From NCBI GenBank assembly GCA_035497455.1, contig DATJDL010000014.1, positions 42,700-106,699 of the forward strand: a stretch of DNA of 64,000 bases. The letters are read 5' to 3'. Shown here in pieces: positions 1-9,171 of the stretch. The position numbers and the translations under genes are program-made. This DNA is from Flavipsychrobacter sp. (lineage in GTDB: Bacteria > Bacteroidota > Bacteroidia > Chitinophagales > Chitinophagaceae). Numbering within the stretch: the stretch's first letter is position 1; the number at the start of each line of letters is the position of its first letter. The notes below the pieces were generated by a model. That model was not told the origin of the DNA and searched no databases. It saw only the letters and a list, made by a program, of their open reading frames with translations.

Positions 1-868
1 GACGGGCTCCGCCACCTCTGGAACCTGCTGCACCACCGGTACGGCTGCGTCCGCTTCCTCCGGGACCACGACCACTGCGACCGCCTTCCTGCTTGTCTTT
101 ATCAGCGCTATCTTCGTCCATTTCCATGCCACGGCTATTTTCTACTACTTCTTCTGTTTCTTCTTCTTTCACTTCACTACGCTCCTGAAGACCTTCGAGG
201 ATAGCAGCAGTAAGATAGTTGGTAATGATTGCGATGGACTTGGTAGCATCATCGTTTGCAGGAACAGCGAAATCTACTTTATTAGGATCACTGTTAGTAT
301 CTACCATAGCAAATGTAGTGATACCCAGACGCTTTGCTTCTGCCAATGCGATGTGTTCATGACTGATATCCACGATGAACAAGGCTGCCGGGGTACGGCT
401 CATGTTAGCAATACCACCCAGTACTTTATCCATTTTATCTCTGCTACGGCTCAAAGTCAGACGTTCTTTTTTAGTAACGCTGTCCATAGTGCCGTCTGCC
501 AGCATTTTATCAATGCTCTGCATCTTCTTCACACTCTTACGGATCGTTTGGAAGTTGGTGAGCATACCGCCTAACCAACGCTCTGTAACGAAAGGCATAT
601 TAGCTTTTGCTGCCGCTTCTGCTACGATTTCTTTCGCTTGTTTTTTAGTAGCGACAAACATGATCTTCTTACCGCTTTTGGCGATAGATTTCAATGCAGC
701 AGCTGCTTCATCCAACCCTTCGATGGTCTTATTCAGATCAATGATGTGGATACCATTCTTTTCGGCGAAGATGTATGGAAGCATTTTAGGATTCCATTTT
801 TTCTTAAGGTGACCGAAATGTACACCGGCTTCGAGAAGCTGTTGGTGCAAGGTTTTATTATCTTCCAT
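1..868 (-). CDS. rpsB: 30S ribosomal protein S2, 3' end runs off the window; carries a long RGG-rich C-terminal tail
   Basis: Absent from the ORF track because there is no stop in the window. Minus-strand translation from ATG at 868 gives MEDNKTLHQQLLEAGVHFGHLKKKWNPKMLPYIFAEKNGIHIIDLNKT and later MPFVTERWLGGMLTNFQTIRKSVKK, both S2 signatures. It lies downstream of rplM-rpsI. Confidence 0.93.
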   Translation of the reverse strand, partial: MEDNKTLHQQLLEAGVHFGHLKKKWNPKMLPYIFAEKNGIHIIDLNKTIEGLDEAAAALKSIAKSGKKIMFVATKKQAKEIVAEAAAKANMPFVTERWLGGMLTNFQTIRKSVKKMQSIDKMLADGTMDSVTKKERLTLSRSRDKMDKVLGGIANMSRTPAALFIVDISHEHIALAEAKRLGITTFAMVDTNSDPNKVDFAVPANDDATKSIAIITNYLTAAILEGLQERSEVKEEETEEVVENSRGMEMDEDSADKDKQEGGRSGRGPGGSGRSRTGGAAGSRGGGAR

Positions 869-916
869 TTATGATAAATTCTTAGTGTTAAATAATGAAT
901 AAATAGCCAACAGGGA

Positions 917-1306
917 TTAACGTTTAGAGAACTGGAAGCTACGACGCGCCTTACGTTTACCAAATTTCTTGCGTTCTACGGAACGTGGGTCACGTGTCAT
1001 CAGCCCGTCTTTCTTCAAAGAAGGACGATACTCCGGATTGATCTCGCACAATGTACGTGCAATACCCAGTTTGATCGCTTCCGCCTGTCCTTTCGGACCA
1101 CCACCCTGCACTGTAACGACTACATCATATGAACTGATCGCATCGATAGTTTTAAGAGGTAATTCCACCTGGTTCTGAAGATACATCAAAGGGAAATACT
1201 CTTTGTATTCTTTACCGTTTACAGTAATGGTACCCGTACCTTTACTCATATATACACGAGCTACGGCTTCTTTACGGCGACCAACGGCATTTTTTTGCTT
1301 TTCCAT
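917..1306 (-). CDS. rpsI: 30S ribosomal protein S9
   Basis: 129 aa ending in RRSFQFSKR; GGGPKGQAEAIKLGIARTL motif; 26 nt downstream of rplM. Confidence 0.97.
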   Translation of the reverse strand: MEKQKNAVGRRKEAVARVYMSKGTGTITVNGKEYKEYFPLMYLQNQVELPLKTIDAISSYDVVVTVQGGGPKGQAEAIKLGIARTLCEINPEYRPSLKKDGLMTRDPRSVERKKFGKRKARRSFQFSKR

Positions 1307-1332
1307 TATATATTAAAACAGATTAATAAAGA

Positions 1333-1776
1333 TTAAAATTTCATTTCTTTAGGTTGCTGTGCTTTGTGCGGATGCTCGGCACCTTCATACACAAATAATT
1401 TTTTAGCCATAGCACGACCCAAACGGTTTTTAGGAAGCATCCCTTTTACTGCACGCTCGATCACTGCATTTGGACGGCGGTTCAGCAGGTTCTTAGCTGT
1501 TTCAGCTTTTTGTCCGCCAGGATAACCTGAGTAAGTTTGGTATTCCTTGTCTTCGAGTTTGTTACCGGTAAGTGCAACTTTACCTGAGTTGATAACAATT
1601 ACATAGTCTCCTGCATCAAAGTGAGGAGTATAGTAGGCTTTATGTTTGCCGCGCAACACCGTAGCGATGCGGGTACACATGCGACCTAATGTCTGATTGG
1701 TAGCATCTGCTACAAACCATTCACGCTTTACGATTTTTTCGTTAGCTGATTGTGTTTTAAAACTTAAGTGTCTCAT
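1333..1776 (-). CDS. rplM: 50S ribosomal protein L13
   Basis: 147 aa; [46 protein letters not shown] is typical of L13. Confidence 0.97.
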   Translation of the reverse strand: MRHLSFKTQSANEKIVKREWFVADATNQTLGRMCTRIATVLRGKHKAYYTPHFDAGDYVIVINSGKVALTGNKLEDKEYQTYSGYPGGQKAETAKNLLNRRPNAVIERAVKGMLPKNRLGRAMAKKLFVYEGAEHPHKAQQPKEMKF

Positions 1777-1829
1777 TTCTTATTTAAGTATTTGCCGTCG
1801 TTACAACGGTATTTTTCATTTTGGGATGG

Positions 1830-1837
1830 CAAAGGTA
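1830..1837 (-). promoter_or_regulatory. Bacteroidota -7 promoter box for the rplM-rpsI-rpsB operon
   Basis: Exact TAnnTTTG (TACCTTTG on the minus strand), 53 nt upstream of ATG 1776. Confidence 0.5.
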
Positions 1838-1992
1838 GAGCCATGGGGCAAACTATCCAAAAAAATAGTAGTAATTTTTTTATTGAATGTTACAACTGAC
1901 TAAAGATCAATTATAAAAGCACTTATTTTTTACTTAAATACCTTAAATGCCGCGACAGATTCGGTGAAAAATAATCCCGTTATATGGTGCTA

Positions 1993-2023
1993 AAAAAATA
2001 AAACCGCCGTTTGGCGGTTTTAT
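1993..2023 (-). terminator. Rho-independent terminator downstream of the T9SS cargo gene at 2051-3025
   Basis: Stem aaaccgcc (2001-2008) / ggcggttt (2013-2020), 4-nt loop, T-run on the minus strand (plus-strand A-run 1992-2000). Confidence 0.75.
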
Positions 2024-2050
2024 TCAGCAGGAAATTATTTGAGATTTCTA

Positions 2051-3025
2051 TTATTTCACCACAGAAAATCTTCCATGCTGCACTTCTTGTTTTGCAGGGT
2101 GTGTCACTTCGTAAAAGTACATTCCCGGAGCTATGTCAGTAAGGTCAATAGTAGTGTTTCCAATAAATGCATTCGATCGGATCCATGCACCGTTAGCACC
2201 ATAAATTTTAATATTCAATTTACCCGTTTCGGCGGACTTAATATGGAGAACATTACTTGCAGGATTTGGGAATACCTCTGCAAAATTGGCTGCCTGGAAC
2301 AGGTTTTTAATACCGGAGGTCGTGCTGATATTTATATCATCCACATACATGATACTTCCCGCCTGCGGAGTCGTACCGTTTTGACCTGAAAGATCGCTGC
2401 TGGTAAAGGTTACGCGGATCAGATTAGGGGTCGTGCCGGCTATGGGGTACGAAATCGGAACGGTTATCTCACCATAATTCGCCATTGCCGGTACAAAATA
2501 TTCGCCGTATCCAACCAGGGAATCTTTACCTCCCGCACCTGCGCCGGCGATAAAGGCCTCTACCGTAACGGCGCCAACATCATTGCCGGAAGGAGCGTAT
2601 TTCACCCATGCGGTAAGTGTATAATAGCGTTGTGTTACAGCTGTACCACCACTAAAAGTCAGATAGTCGGTCAGCGCACCGCCGGGATTGGCTAAATAAG
2701 CGGCAATATTAAAAGATGGATTGGCATTCGCCAGCATACACGGAATAATGAAGCTGGTCATGTTCTTGGTCTCCATTTTTGCGGCATATGTACCTCCATG
2801 TACGCTGCTGTTATCTTTATATAACGTCTTCGCCGGAGTGATACCCGCCAATTGTCCGTATAAGTAGATAAGAGAATCTACACCATACCAGCTGTTGGGC
2901 GCTTCCAGATTGGTAGCAGTACCTGACGAGAGTGTGCGCCAATTTTCAAGTCCGTTATTGGCCATCTGGGCATTTACAATGCCGGCACATAAAAAAGAAG
3001 ATAGGAGTAAAGCTATTTTTTTCAT
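2051..3025 (-). CDS. Secreted protein with type-A T9SS C-terminal sorting domain, function unknown
   Basis: N-terminal signal peptide MKKIALLLSSFLCAGIVNAQ. C-terminus VFPNPASNVLHIKS...GMYFYEVTH...RFSVVK matches the Por secretion tail pattern. Confidence 0.8.
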   Translation of the reverse strand: MKKIALLLSSFLCAGIVNAQMANNGLENWRTLSSGTATNLEAPNSWYGVDSLIYLYGQLAGITPAKTLYKDNSSVHGGTYAAKMETKNMTSFIIPCMLANANPSFNIAAYLANPGGALTDYLTFSGGTAVTQRYYTLTAWVKYAPSGNDVGAVTVEAFIAGAGAGGKDSLVGYGEYFVPAMANYGEITVPISYPIAGTTPNLIRVTFTSSDLSGQNGTTPQAGSIMYVDDINISTTSGIKNLFQAANFAEVFPNPASNVLHIKSAETGKLNIKIYGANGAWIRSNAFIGNTTIDLTDIAPGMYFYEVTHPAKQEVQHGRFSVVK

Positions 3026-3237
3026 TTCTAGGGGAATTTTTTTGAATTTAGCAGTAAAGATAATTTTAAAAGTTTTAGATTTTCAAACAATCTGATCTGG
3101 CTATGCAAGCACCGGCATGCAATTCATTTAGTTTTTTCGAAAAACGCTGTATCCCCGCCACGAAAAGAATGCTGCCGGATCATACCTGCTAAATTTTAAA
3201 CCGCAAGGCTGCAGGCACTTATGTACCCCGCTTTGCC

Positions 3238-3245
3238 TACCTTTG
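3238..3245 (+). promoter_or_regulatory. -7 promoter box for the class D beta-lactamase gene
   Basis: TACCTTTG, 22 nt upstream of ATG 3268. Confidence 0.55.
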
Positions 3246-3267
3246 TACAGCAATTTTAGTTCCCCTC

Positions 3268-4131
3268 ATGCACAAGCGTTTTTTACACTACCCACTCTTT
3301 ATTGCCATTATTGCTTTGTTACAATCCTGTGCGCAATCGCGCATTCATGACCAGGAGGATCTGGGACAGCTGTTTAAAGCGAATGGAATCCAGGATGGAT
3401 GCTTTATTCTCCGCGATCATACACATGAAGAGGTATTTTATTACAATAAAGAACGTTGTCTTAAACGCTTTGCCCCTGCTTCTACATTCAAGATCTTCAA
3501 TTCCCTTGTAGGCCTCGAAACCGCCATTGCACCGGATGAACAACTGGTCATCAAATGGGACAGCGTGAACCGCTGGAATTCTGAATGGAATCGTGATATG
3601 ACCATGCGTGAAGCTTTTAAGGTAAGCAACGTAGGGTATTACCAGGAGCTTGCAAGGAGAATTGGTAAGGATTATTTGCAACATTACCTGGATACGGTGC
3701 AGTATGGCAATAAAAATATGCGAGGGAAGATGGACGAGTTTTGGCTGAATGACACGTTACAGATCTCTGCCGACGAACAGCTGGGGTTCGTAAAAAAACT
3801 CTATTTTGATGAGCTCCCTTTTTCCGAGCGCAGCCAGCGTATTGTTCGCAGCATGATGTTACGCGAAGACACTGCCGATTATAAATTATATTATAAGACA
3901 GGAACCTATTTGGCCAATGATACCATGCTTTGCTGGGTAGTGGGTTTTGTTGAAAATATAGTTGCTATGAAGGAGCATGATAAATCGATGAATAAAGGCG
4001 GTGTACGTACCTACCCTTATTTTTTTGCTATGAACTTCACCGTACCGGATGATAAATCCAAAAACTGGTTTGACGTGCGTTTGAAACTGCTCCATGAAAT
4101 ATTGAACAAAATGGTGTTTACCAAAAAATAG
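3268..4131 (+). CDS. Class D (OXA-like) beta-lactamase, predicted lipoprotein
   Basis: All four class D motifs are present: S72-T-F-K75 (tct aca ttc aag at 3481-3492), S120-N-V, Y146-G-N, K210-T-G, plus FWL in the omega-loop region. Lipobox ALLQSC (C21). Confidence 0.85.
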   Translation: MHKRFLHYPLFIAIIALLQSCAQSRIHDQEDLGQLFKANGIQDGCFILRDHTHEEVFYYNKERCLKRFAPASTFKIFNSLVGLETAIAPDEQLVIKWDSVNRWNSEWNRDMTMREAFKVSNVGYYQELARRIGKDYLQHYLDTVQYGNKNMRGKMDEFWLNDTLQISADEQLGFVKKLYFDELPFSERSQRIVRSMMLREDTADYKLYYKTGTYLANDTMLCWVVGFVENIVAMKEHDKSMNKGGVRTYPYFFAMNFTVPDDKSKNWFDVRLKLLHEILNKMVFTKK

Positions 4132-4219
4132 GACAGCACCGAAAATTATCGCACCAATAGCATGGAATTGTAAAGAAACGGGCTACCATAATTTCGTATT
4201 CCTTCAAACATCTGATCAT

Positions 4220-4852
4220 ATGCTACACCCTGTTCTTTTGAAATTCCTGATCGCAGCAATAGTCATTTGTACGATCACGACAATGGCGGTTGCGCAGGAA
4301 AACGACCTGCCCATTCTTTCTTCTGTGGCAGAAACGCCGGAACGATTCATACCTAACGGATGGGCGAAAGATGCTACTACAAAAGAGATAAAAGAAGATT
4401 TTAACAAGGATGGGCTCCGGGATGTTTGTTTCCTCATTCGAAAAGAACAACAAGCCATATTGATGATTCTTTTTGCCAGAAAAGACGGTTACTACGTTAA
4501 GTCATTCGCCGGTGTTATCTATGCCGCTGATTATCTTACCCGGATCGGCAAACGTAACGGGACGTTGCAATTGGTTTTCGATTTTCCCGCTTATGATGCA
4601 GTCCATATGGTTACCGCCTATTCCCGGTTTCAAAACGGGGAATGGTATGTTATTGGCTATACCGAAGAAAGCGTGGACGGAAGTACCGGCAAAAACAAGA
4701 AACTAGTTACCGATGTCAACCTTTTGACGGGTGACGTAGAAGAAACTACTTCAGAAAAAAGCGGCACTGCGGTAAAAAAGAAATCAAAACAGCCGAAACA
4801 ACCCCTGACACTGCTCCAAAACCTGGACAATCTTCCGGTAATGAATTACTAG
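4220..4852 (+). CDS. Hypothetical secreted protein
   Basis: 210-aa ORF in an otherwise empty interval; signal-peptide-like N-terminus ending AVAQE; lysine-rich C-terminus; no recognisable catalytic motif. Confidence 0.55.
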   Translation: MLHPVLLKFLIAAIVICTITTMAVAQENDLPILSSVAETPERFIPNGWAKDATTKEIKEDFNKDGLRDVCFLIRKEQQAILMILFARKDGYYVKSFAGVIYAADYLTRIGKRNGTLQLVFDFPAYDAVHMVTAYSRFQNGEWYVIGYTEESVDGSTGKNKKLVTDVNLLTGDVEETTSEKSGTAVKKKSKQPKQPLTLLQNLDNLPVMNY

Positions 4853-4857
4853 CTTCT

Positions 4858-5811
4858 TTAGAGTAAGCGTTTCAATACATTATAAATCACATGCGGTTTA
4901 CCCAATGTATAAAAATGCAGCATAGGAACATTGTTTTTCAGCAGGTCTTTACATTGCTCCAAGAGCCATTCTTCCCCTACTTTTTCACATGCTGCTTCAT
5001 TCTTCGCTTTCATCATTTCCGTATAAAATTCCACAGGCACTTCGACATTGAAAATGGAAGGGATCATGGTCATCTGGCGCTTGCTGGTGAGCGGCTTCAG
5101 CCCTGGCAGGATGGGTACGGTTACACCATGCTCGCGACAACGATCAATATAATTATAGAAATGCTGGTTGCGGAAAAACATCTGTGTGGTAACATAATGC
5201 GCTCCGAAGTCTATTTTTCTTTTTACATAATAAATATCTGTATCGAGATTCGGGGCTTCAAAATGCTTTTCGGGATAACCGGCGACGCCAATGCAGAAAT
5301 CCGTCTTACCTCCGTCCATAATGTCATCCTCCAGGTAGCGTCCGTTGTTGAGATCAATGATTTGCTGCACCAGGTCTTCCGAATACCGGTGGCCTGCAGG
5401 ATGCGGGGCGAAGAATTTTTCATTTGCGGCTGCGTCACCACGCAGTGCCAGTACATTTCGTACACCTAAAAAATTAAGATCTATCAGTGCGTTCTCTGTT
5501 TCTTCTTTGCTGAAACCACCACAAATCATGTGAGGAATAGCTTCCACCTTATACTTATTCATCAACGCGGCGCAAATACCCACTGTACCCGGGCGTTTAC
5601 GGATCTCCACGCGCTCAAAGCTATTGTCCGGGCGCTTTTTATAGACCTGCTCGGCACGGTGGTAAGTCACATTGACAAATGCAGGGTTGAACTCCATCAA
5701 CGGATCGAGATGGTTATATATTGATTCTATGCTCTTGCCCTTGGTTGGCGGCAAAATTTCAAAAGAAATAATCGTGTCTTTGGCTTGAGCGAGGTGGTCG
5801 GTAAGTTTCAT
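4858..5811 (-). CDS. metF: Methylenetetrahydrofolate reductase
   Basis: 317 aa; ISFEILPPTKG start, VNVTYH, GVRNVLALRGD and GVAGYPEKH are MetF-family motifs. Confidence 0.93.
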   Translation of the reverse strand: MKLTDHLAQAKDTIISFEILPPTKGKSIESIYNHLDPLMEFNPAFVNVTYHRAEQVYKKRPDNSFERVEIRKRPGTVGICAALMNKYKVEAIPHMICGGFSKEETENALIDLNFLGVRNVLALRGDAAANEKFFAPHPAGHRYSEDLVQQIIDLNNGRYLEDDIMDGGKTDFCIGVAGYPEKHFEAPNLDTDIYYVKRKIDFGAHYVTTQMFFRNQHFYNYIDRCREHGVTVPILPGLKPLTSKRQMTMIPSIFNVEVPVEFYTEMMKAKNEAACEKVGEEWLLEQCKDLLKNNVPMLHFYTLGKPHVIYNVLKRLL

Positions 5812-5831
5812 CCTGGAACAATAATAACGCG

Positions 5832-5839
5832 CAAAGGTA
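5832..5839 (-). promoter_or_regulatory. -7 promoter box for metF
   Basis: TACCTTTG on the minus strand, 20 nt upstream of ATG 5811. Confidence 0.55.
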
Positions 5840-6010
5840 AATATTTGGATGATTGATTTACGGCATATTGCGATTTGAGCATCCCGAAGGGGCGAGTTTG
5901 AAACTTTGATACGGATAACGCTGCTTTTTTAGGTACGTTGGAGCTACATGGGAAGTCTTAAGGTTCGAATCAAACAGCGATTTCAATATTTTCATCAGCC
6001 TGGCATTTTT

Positions 6011-6018
6011 TACCTTTG
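6011..6018 (+). promoter_or_regulatory. -7 promoter box for the hypothetical gene at 6036
   Basis: TACCTTTG, 17 nt upstream of ATG 6036. Confidence 0.55.
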
Positions 6019-6035
6019 CCTGGTTCCTGATTCTC

Positions 6036-6641
6036 ATGAAATTATTTTTTTGCACCCTTTGTTTTGTTCTGCTTACTGTGGCAGGCTTTTCGCAAAAACA
6101 GCTTTTCCCGGATGGTATTTACCTGAATGCCGGTCAGTTACGAAGCAAAATGCCGGCTTTTGTTGCGCCGTTGAAGGTAATTCCCCGGGAAATATCGGCA
6201 AGAGTTTGGGCGGGAGGGTCGGAATACAAATTAGTGTCTGATATAGATTCACTCAGCAAAAAATACATTAAGAATAGGATATTCGCTTATGTAAAAGGGG
6301 ATTCTATGTTTCTGAATGATATGAGCTCTTGGTTTTCTTTATCACTTACCCAGGGTAATTTTATCGTATTCAGAACCTGCGATGATCCTAATGTTACCAC
6401 CATGGGTGTTATGTTCGGTCTGGTCGGAGCATTGGCATATTCAGCTGCAGCGCATTATAATCTTGCTATAGTGAGTCTCCGTACCGGCAACGTCAGAAGG
6501 TTCAGCAAGGCTTATCTGGAAGAACGATTAAAAGAGTTTCCCGATTTACAGAAAAAATTTAAAGAAGAAGGGAAAAAACCTCCTGTAGAGACGCTGTTGA
6601 TGTACGTGGATCTGCTAAATGAAAGAGTCCCGCTTGATTAA
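6036..6641 (+). CDS. Hypothetical exported/membrane protein
   Basis: 201 aa; signal peptide MKLFFCTLCFVLLTVAGFSQ; internal hydrophobic stretch VTTMGVMFGLVGALAYSAAA; TACCTTTG box 17 nt upstream. Confidence 0.5.
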   Translation: MKLFFCTLCFVLLTVAGFSQKQLFPDGIYLNAGQLRSKMPAFVAPLKVIPREISARVWAGGSEYKLVSDIDSLSKKYIKNRIFAYVKGDSMFLNDMSSWFSLSLTQGNFIVFRTCDDPNVTTMGVMFGLVGALAYSAAAHYNLAIVSLRTGNVRRFSKAYLEERLKEFPDLQKKFKEEGKKPPVETLLMYVDLLNERVPLD

Positions 6642-6774
6642 CCAGATACTACCCCGGTATCGGCTGCTCCGTGAACATTCGTTTCCTCGCAGCAGTATTC
6701 CAGAAACTTGTCCTCCAAAAGAAACCACACCGGTAGCTTTCATTAATTTAAACTTTACATGAGGCTGCTTTTAT

Positions 6775-6782
6775 TAAATTTG
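6775..6782 (+). promoter_or_regulatory. -7 promoter box for lptB (near-leaderless spacing)
   Basis: TAAATTTG, 7 nt upstream of ATG 6790. Confidence 0.45.
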
Positions 6783-6789
6783 CGTAAAC

Positions 6790-7545
6790 ATGTCAAGGCT
6801 AAGGATACATACGGAGAGTCTTATCAAAAAATACGGTCGCCGTACCGTGGTAAACAACGTTTCATTCGAAGTGAACCAAGGCGAGATCGTAGGTTTGCTG
6901 GGACCTAACGGTGCAGGGAAAACTACTTCATTTTACATGGTAGTCGGGATTGTAAAGCCAGACGAGGGCGAGGTGTATCTGGATGGTAAAAGTATTACCA
7001 AACTGCCTATGTACAAGCGTGCGCAAATGGGTATAGGGTATTTGCCGCAGGAGGCTTCCGTATTCCGCAAGCTGTCTGTGGAAGATAACATCAAAGCGGT
7101 GCTGGAGATGACAAAGCTGACCCGGCAACAGCAGGAAAAGAAACTGGAAGATCTTCTTGAAGAATTCCGCCTCACCCATGTTCGCAAAAGTCCCGGCGAT
7201 GTGCTAAGCGGCGGTGAAAGAAGGCGTACGGAAATAGCCCGCGCCCTAGCTGTGGATCCGAAATTCATTCTGTTGGATGAACCGTTTGCAGGTATAGATC
7301 CTATAGCGGTAGAAGACATCCAGACTATAGTAGCCCGTTTGAAATATAAAAATATCGGCATCCTCATTACCGATCACAATGTAAATGAAACACTTTCCAT
7401 TACAGATAGAGCTTATCTGCTGTTTGAAGGAAAGATATTACGCTCCGGCACGGCAGAAGAGCTGGCTAGTGACGAACAAGTCAGAAAAGTGTATCTTGGG
7501 CAACATTTTGTGCTGAAGCGGAAGACGTATAAAGTAGACGACTAA
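6790..7545 (+). CDS. lptB: LPS export ABC transporter ATP-binding protein
   Basis: 251 aa; Walker [10 protein letters not shown], signature LSGGERRR, Walker B ILLDEP; LptB-type C-terminal KVYLG. Confidence 0.9.
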   Translation: MSRLRIHTESLIKKYGRRTVVNNVSFEVNQGEIVGLLGPNGAGKTTSFYMVVGIVKPDEGEVYLDGKSITKLPMYKRAQMGIGYLPQEASVFRKLSVEDNIKAVLEMTKLTRQQQEKKLEDLLEEFRLTHVRKSPGDVLSGGERRRTEIARALAVDPKFILLDEPFAGIDPIAVEDIQTIVARLKYKNIGILITDHNVNETLSITDRAYLLFEGKILRSGTAEELASDEQVRKVYLGQHFVLKRKTYKVDD

Positions 7546-7580
7546 TTTTTTGAATAACCAAAGTTTTTCTGGAATATTAA

Positions 7581-9104
7581 ATGGGCATTATCAATCCCGC
7601 ATTGCGAAGCATCATGAAGTTGCGCCAAAGCGCGATAGACAACTTTGTGCTGAACCCCATCGACACACAGCAGCAGGTTTTTAATGATTTGATCGGAAGC
7701 GCGCAGTTTACTGAATATGGTAAAAAATACGGATTTGATAAAATCAACAGTATTACCGATTTCAAAAACCAGGTGCCGGTAAATGACTATGAAAGCCTGA
7801 AACCCTATATCAGCCGGATTTTACAGGGTGAGCAAAATATTCTCTGGTGTTCCGATATCAACTGGTTTGCCAAAAGCAGCGGTACCACAAGCGACAAAAG
7901 CAAGTTCATACCTATCAGCAAAGAGACGCTGGACGATAATCATTATAAAGCCGGGAAAGACGTACTCGCCTTATACTTTAAGCAATTCCCCGATTCCAAT
8001 CTTTTCAATGGTAAATGCCTGGTAATAGGCGGTAGTGCACAGGTCAATCAATTGAATGCTGAATCTTTTTATGGTGATCTCTCTGCTGTGATGATCCAGA
8101 ACATGCCGTTTACAGGACAGATACTTCAGACTCCGGATCCGTCCATAACCCTGATGAATGAATGGGAAGCAAAAATTGATAAGATAGCTTCTACCACCGT
8201 TCATACGAATGTCACTTATATAGCCGGTGTCCCCACCTGGATCATCGTACTTATCAAGCGGCTTTTCGAACTCAATCACACGAATAACCTTCATGACATC
8301 TGGCCGGATTTTGAGCTGTATATTCACGGGGGTGTCAATTTCAAGCCTTACCGTAAGCAATTCGAGAGTTTCTTTCCGAACGGCGGCATCCATTTCCTCG
8401 AAACCTATAATGCTTCCGAAGGATTTTTTGCTGCCCAGGACATAGCCGGTGAAGAAGGCTTATTGTTATTCCTCAATCACGGCATTTACTACGAGTTCAT
8501 GCCCGTTGAAGAATATGGCAAAGAGCACCCGCAGACGCTTTCCCTGAAGGATGTGGAGCTGGGCAAACAATATGCTTTGGTCATTAGTACCAACAGTGGT
8601 TTGTGGCGCTATGTAGTAGGCGATACCATACAGTTTACCTCGCGCGCACCTTACCGCATCCGTGTTTCCGGAAGGCTGAAGCATTTTATCAATGCCTTTG
8701 GTGAAGAGGTCATCGTGGACAACGCTGACTATGCCATTACTCAGGCCTGTGAGCTGACAGGCGCCGTGGTAAGCGATTATACCGCAGCACCGGTGTACAT
8801 GACCGGTACTGAAAACGGAGCGCACGAATGGCTGATCGAATTCTCGAAACAGCCGGATTCATTCGATGCATTCGTTGATGCATTGGATACTGCGCTCAAG
8901 CAAGTAAATTCCGACTACGAAGCCAAGCGGACCAAAGATATTGCCCTGCGCAAACCCATCGTTCACAATATGGCTGTTGGAACCTTCCAAAGCTGGTTGC
9001 GTGCCAAAGGCAAGCTGGGCGGACAACATAAAGTACCCCGTCTTAGCAACGATCGTACCTACCTGGATGAGATACTGGCGATGCAACATACCCTTCACCA
9101 ATAA
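7581..9104 (+). CDS. GH3 family (acyl-acid amido synthetase-like) protein
   Basis: 507 aa; FAKSSGTTSDKSKFIP adenylation motif, YNASEGFFA, and overall length and pattern of bacterial GH3 homologs. Confidence 0.85.
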   Translation: MGIINPALRSIMKLRQSAIDNFVLNPIDTQQQVFNDLIGSAQFTEYGKKYGFDKINSITDFKNQVPVNDYESLKPYISRILQGEQNILWCSDINWFAKSSGTTSDKSKFIPISKETLDDNHYKAGKDVLALYFKQFPDSNLFNGKCLVIGGSAQVNQLNAESFYGDLSAVMIQNMPFTGQILQTPDPSITLMNEWEAKIDKIASTTVHTNVTYIAGVPTWIIVLIKRLFELNHTNNLHDIWPDFELYIHGGVNFKPYRKQFESFFPNGGIHFLETYNASEGFFAAQDIAGEEGLLLFLNHGIYYEFMPVEEYGKEHPQTLSLKDVELGKQYALVISTNSGLWRYVVGDTIQFTSRAPYRIRVSGRLKHFINAFGEEVIVDNADYAITQACELTGAVVSDYTAAPVYMTGTENGAHEWLIEFSKQPDSFDAFVDALDTALKQVNSDYEAKRTKDIALRKPIVHNMAVGTFQSWLRAKGKLGGQHKVPRLSNDRTYLDEILAMQHTLHQ

Positions 9105-9171
9105 CCGAATAAGGTAAATGATATCCTGGTCGCTGAAGTATCATACAAACAGGCACCAGCTAAAAAGACAT

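Noticed and set aside
353-874. Three plus-strand ORFs (353-574, 375-812, 638-874) at the left edge.
   Set aside because: They lie antisense to a clear rpsB reading frame that the ORF track missed because it has no stop in the window. Their products are low-complexity with no motifs. They are shadow ORFs.
3221-3250. GTAC...GTAC short inverted repeats flanking the beta-lactamase promoter box, considered as a possible BlaI-type operator.
   Set aside because: Only a 4-5 bp self-complementary match, with no resemblance to the longer TACA/TGTA dyads of BlaI/MecI operators. Chance is sufficient to explain it.
5962-5971. GGTTCGAATC, a tRNA T-loop-like decamer in the metF upstream region.
   Set aside because: The flanking bases cannot form a T-stem (taagg versus caaac). 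No acceptor or anticodon arms can be drawn, so it is not a tRNA.
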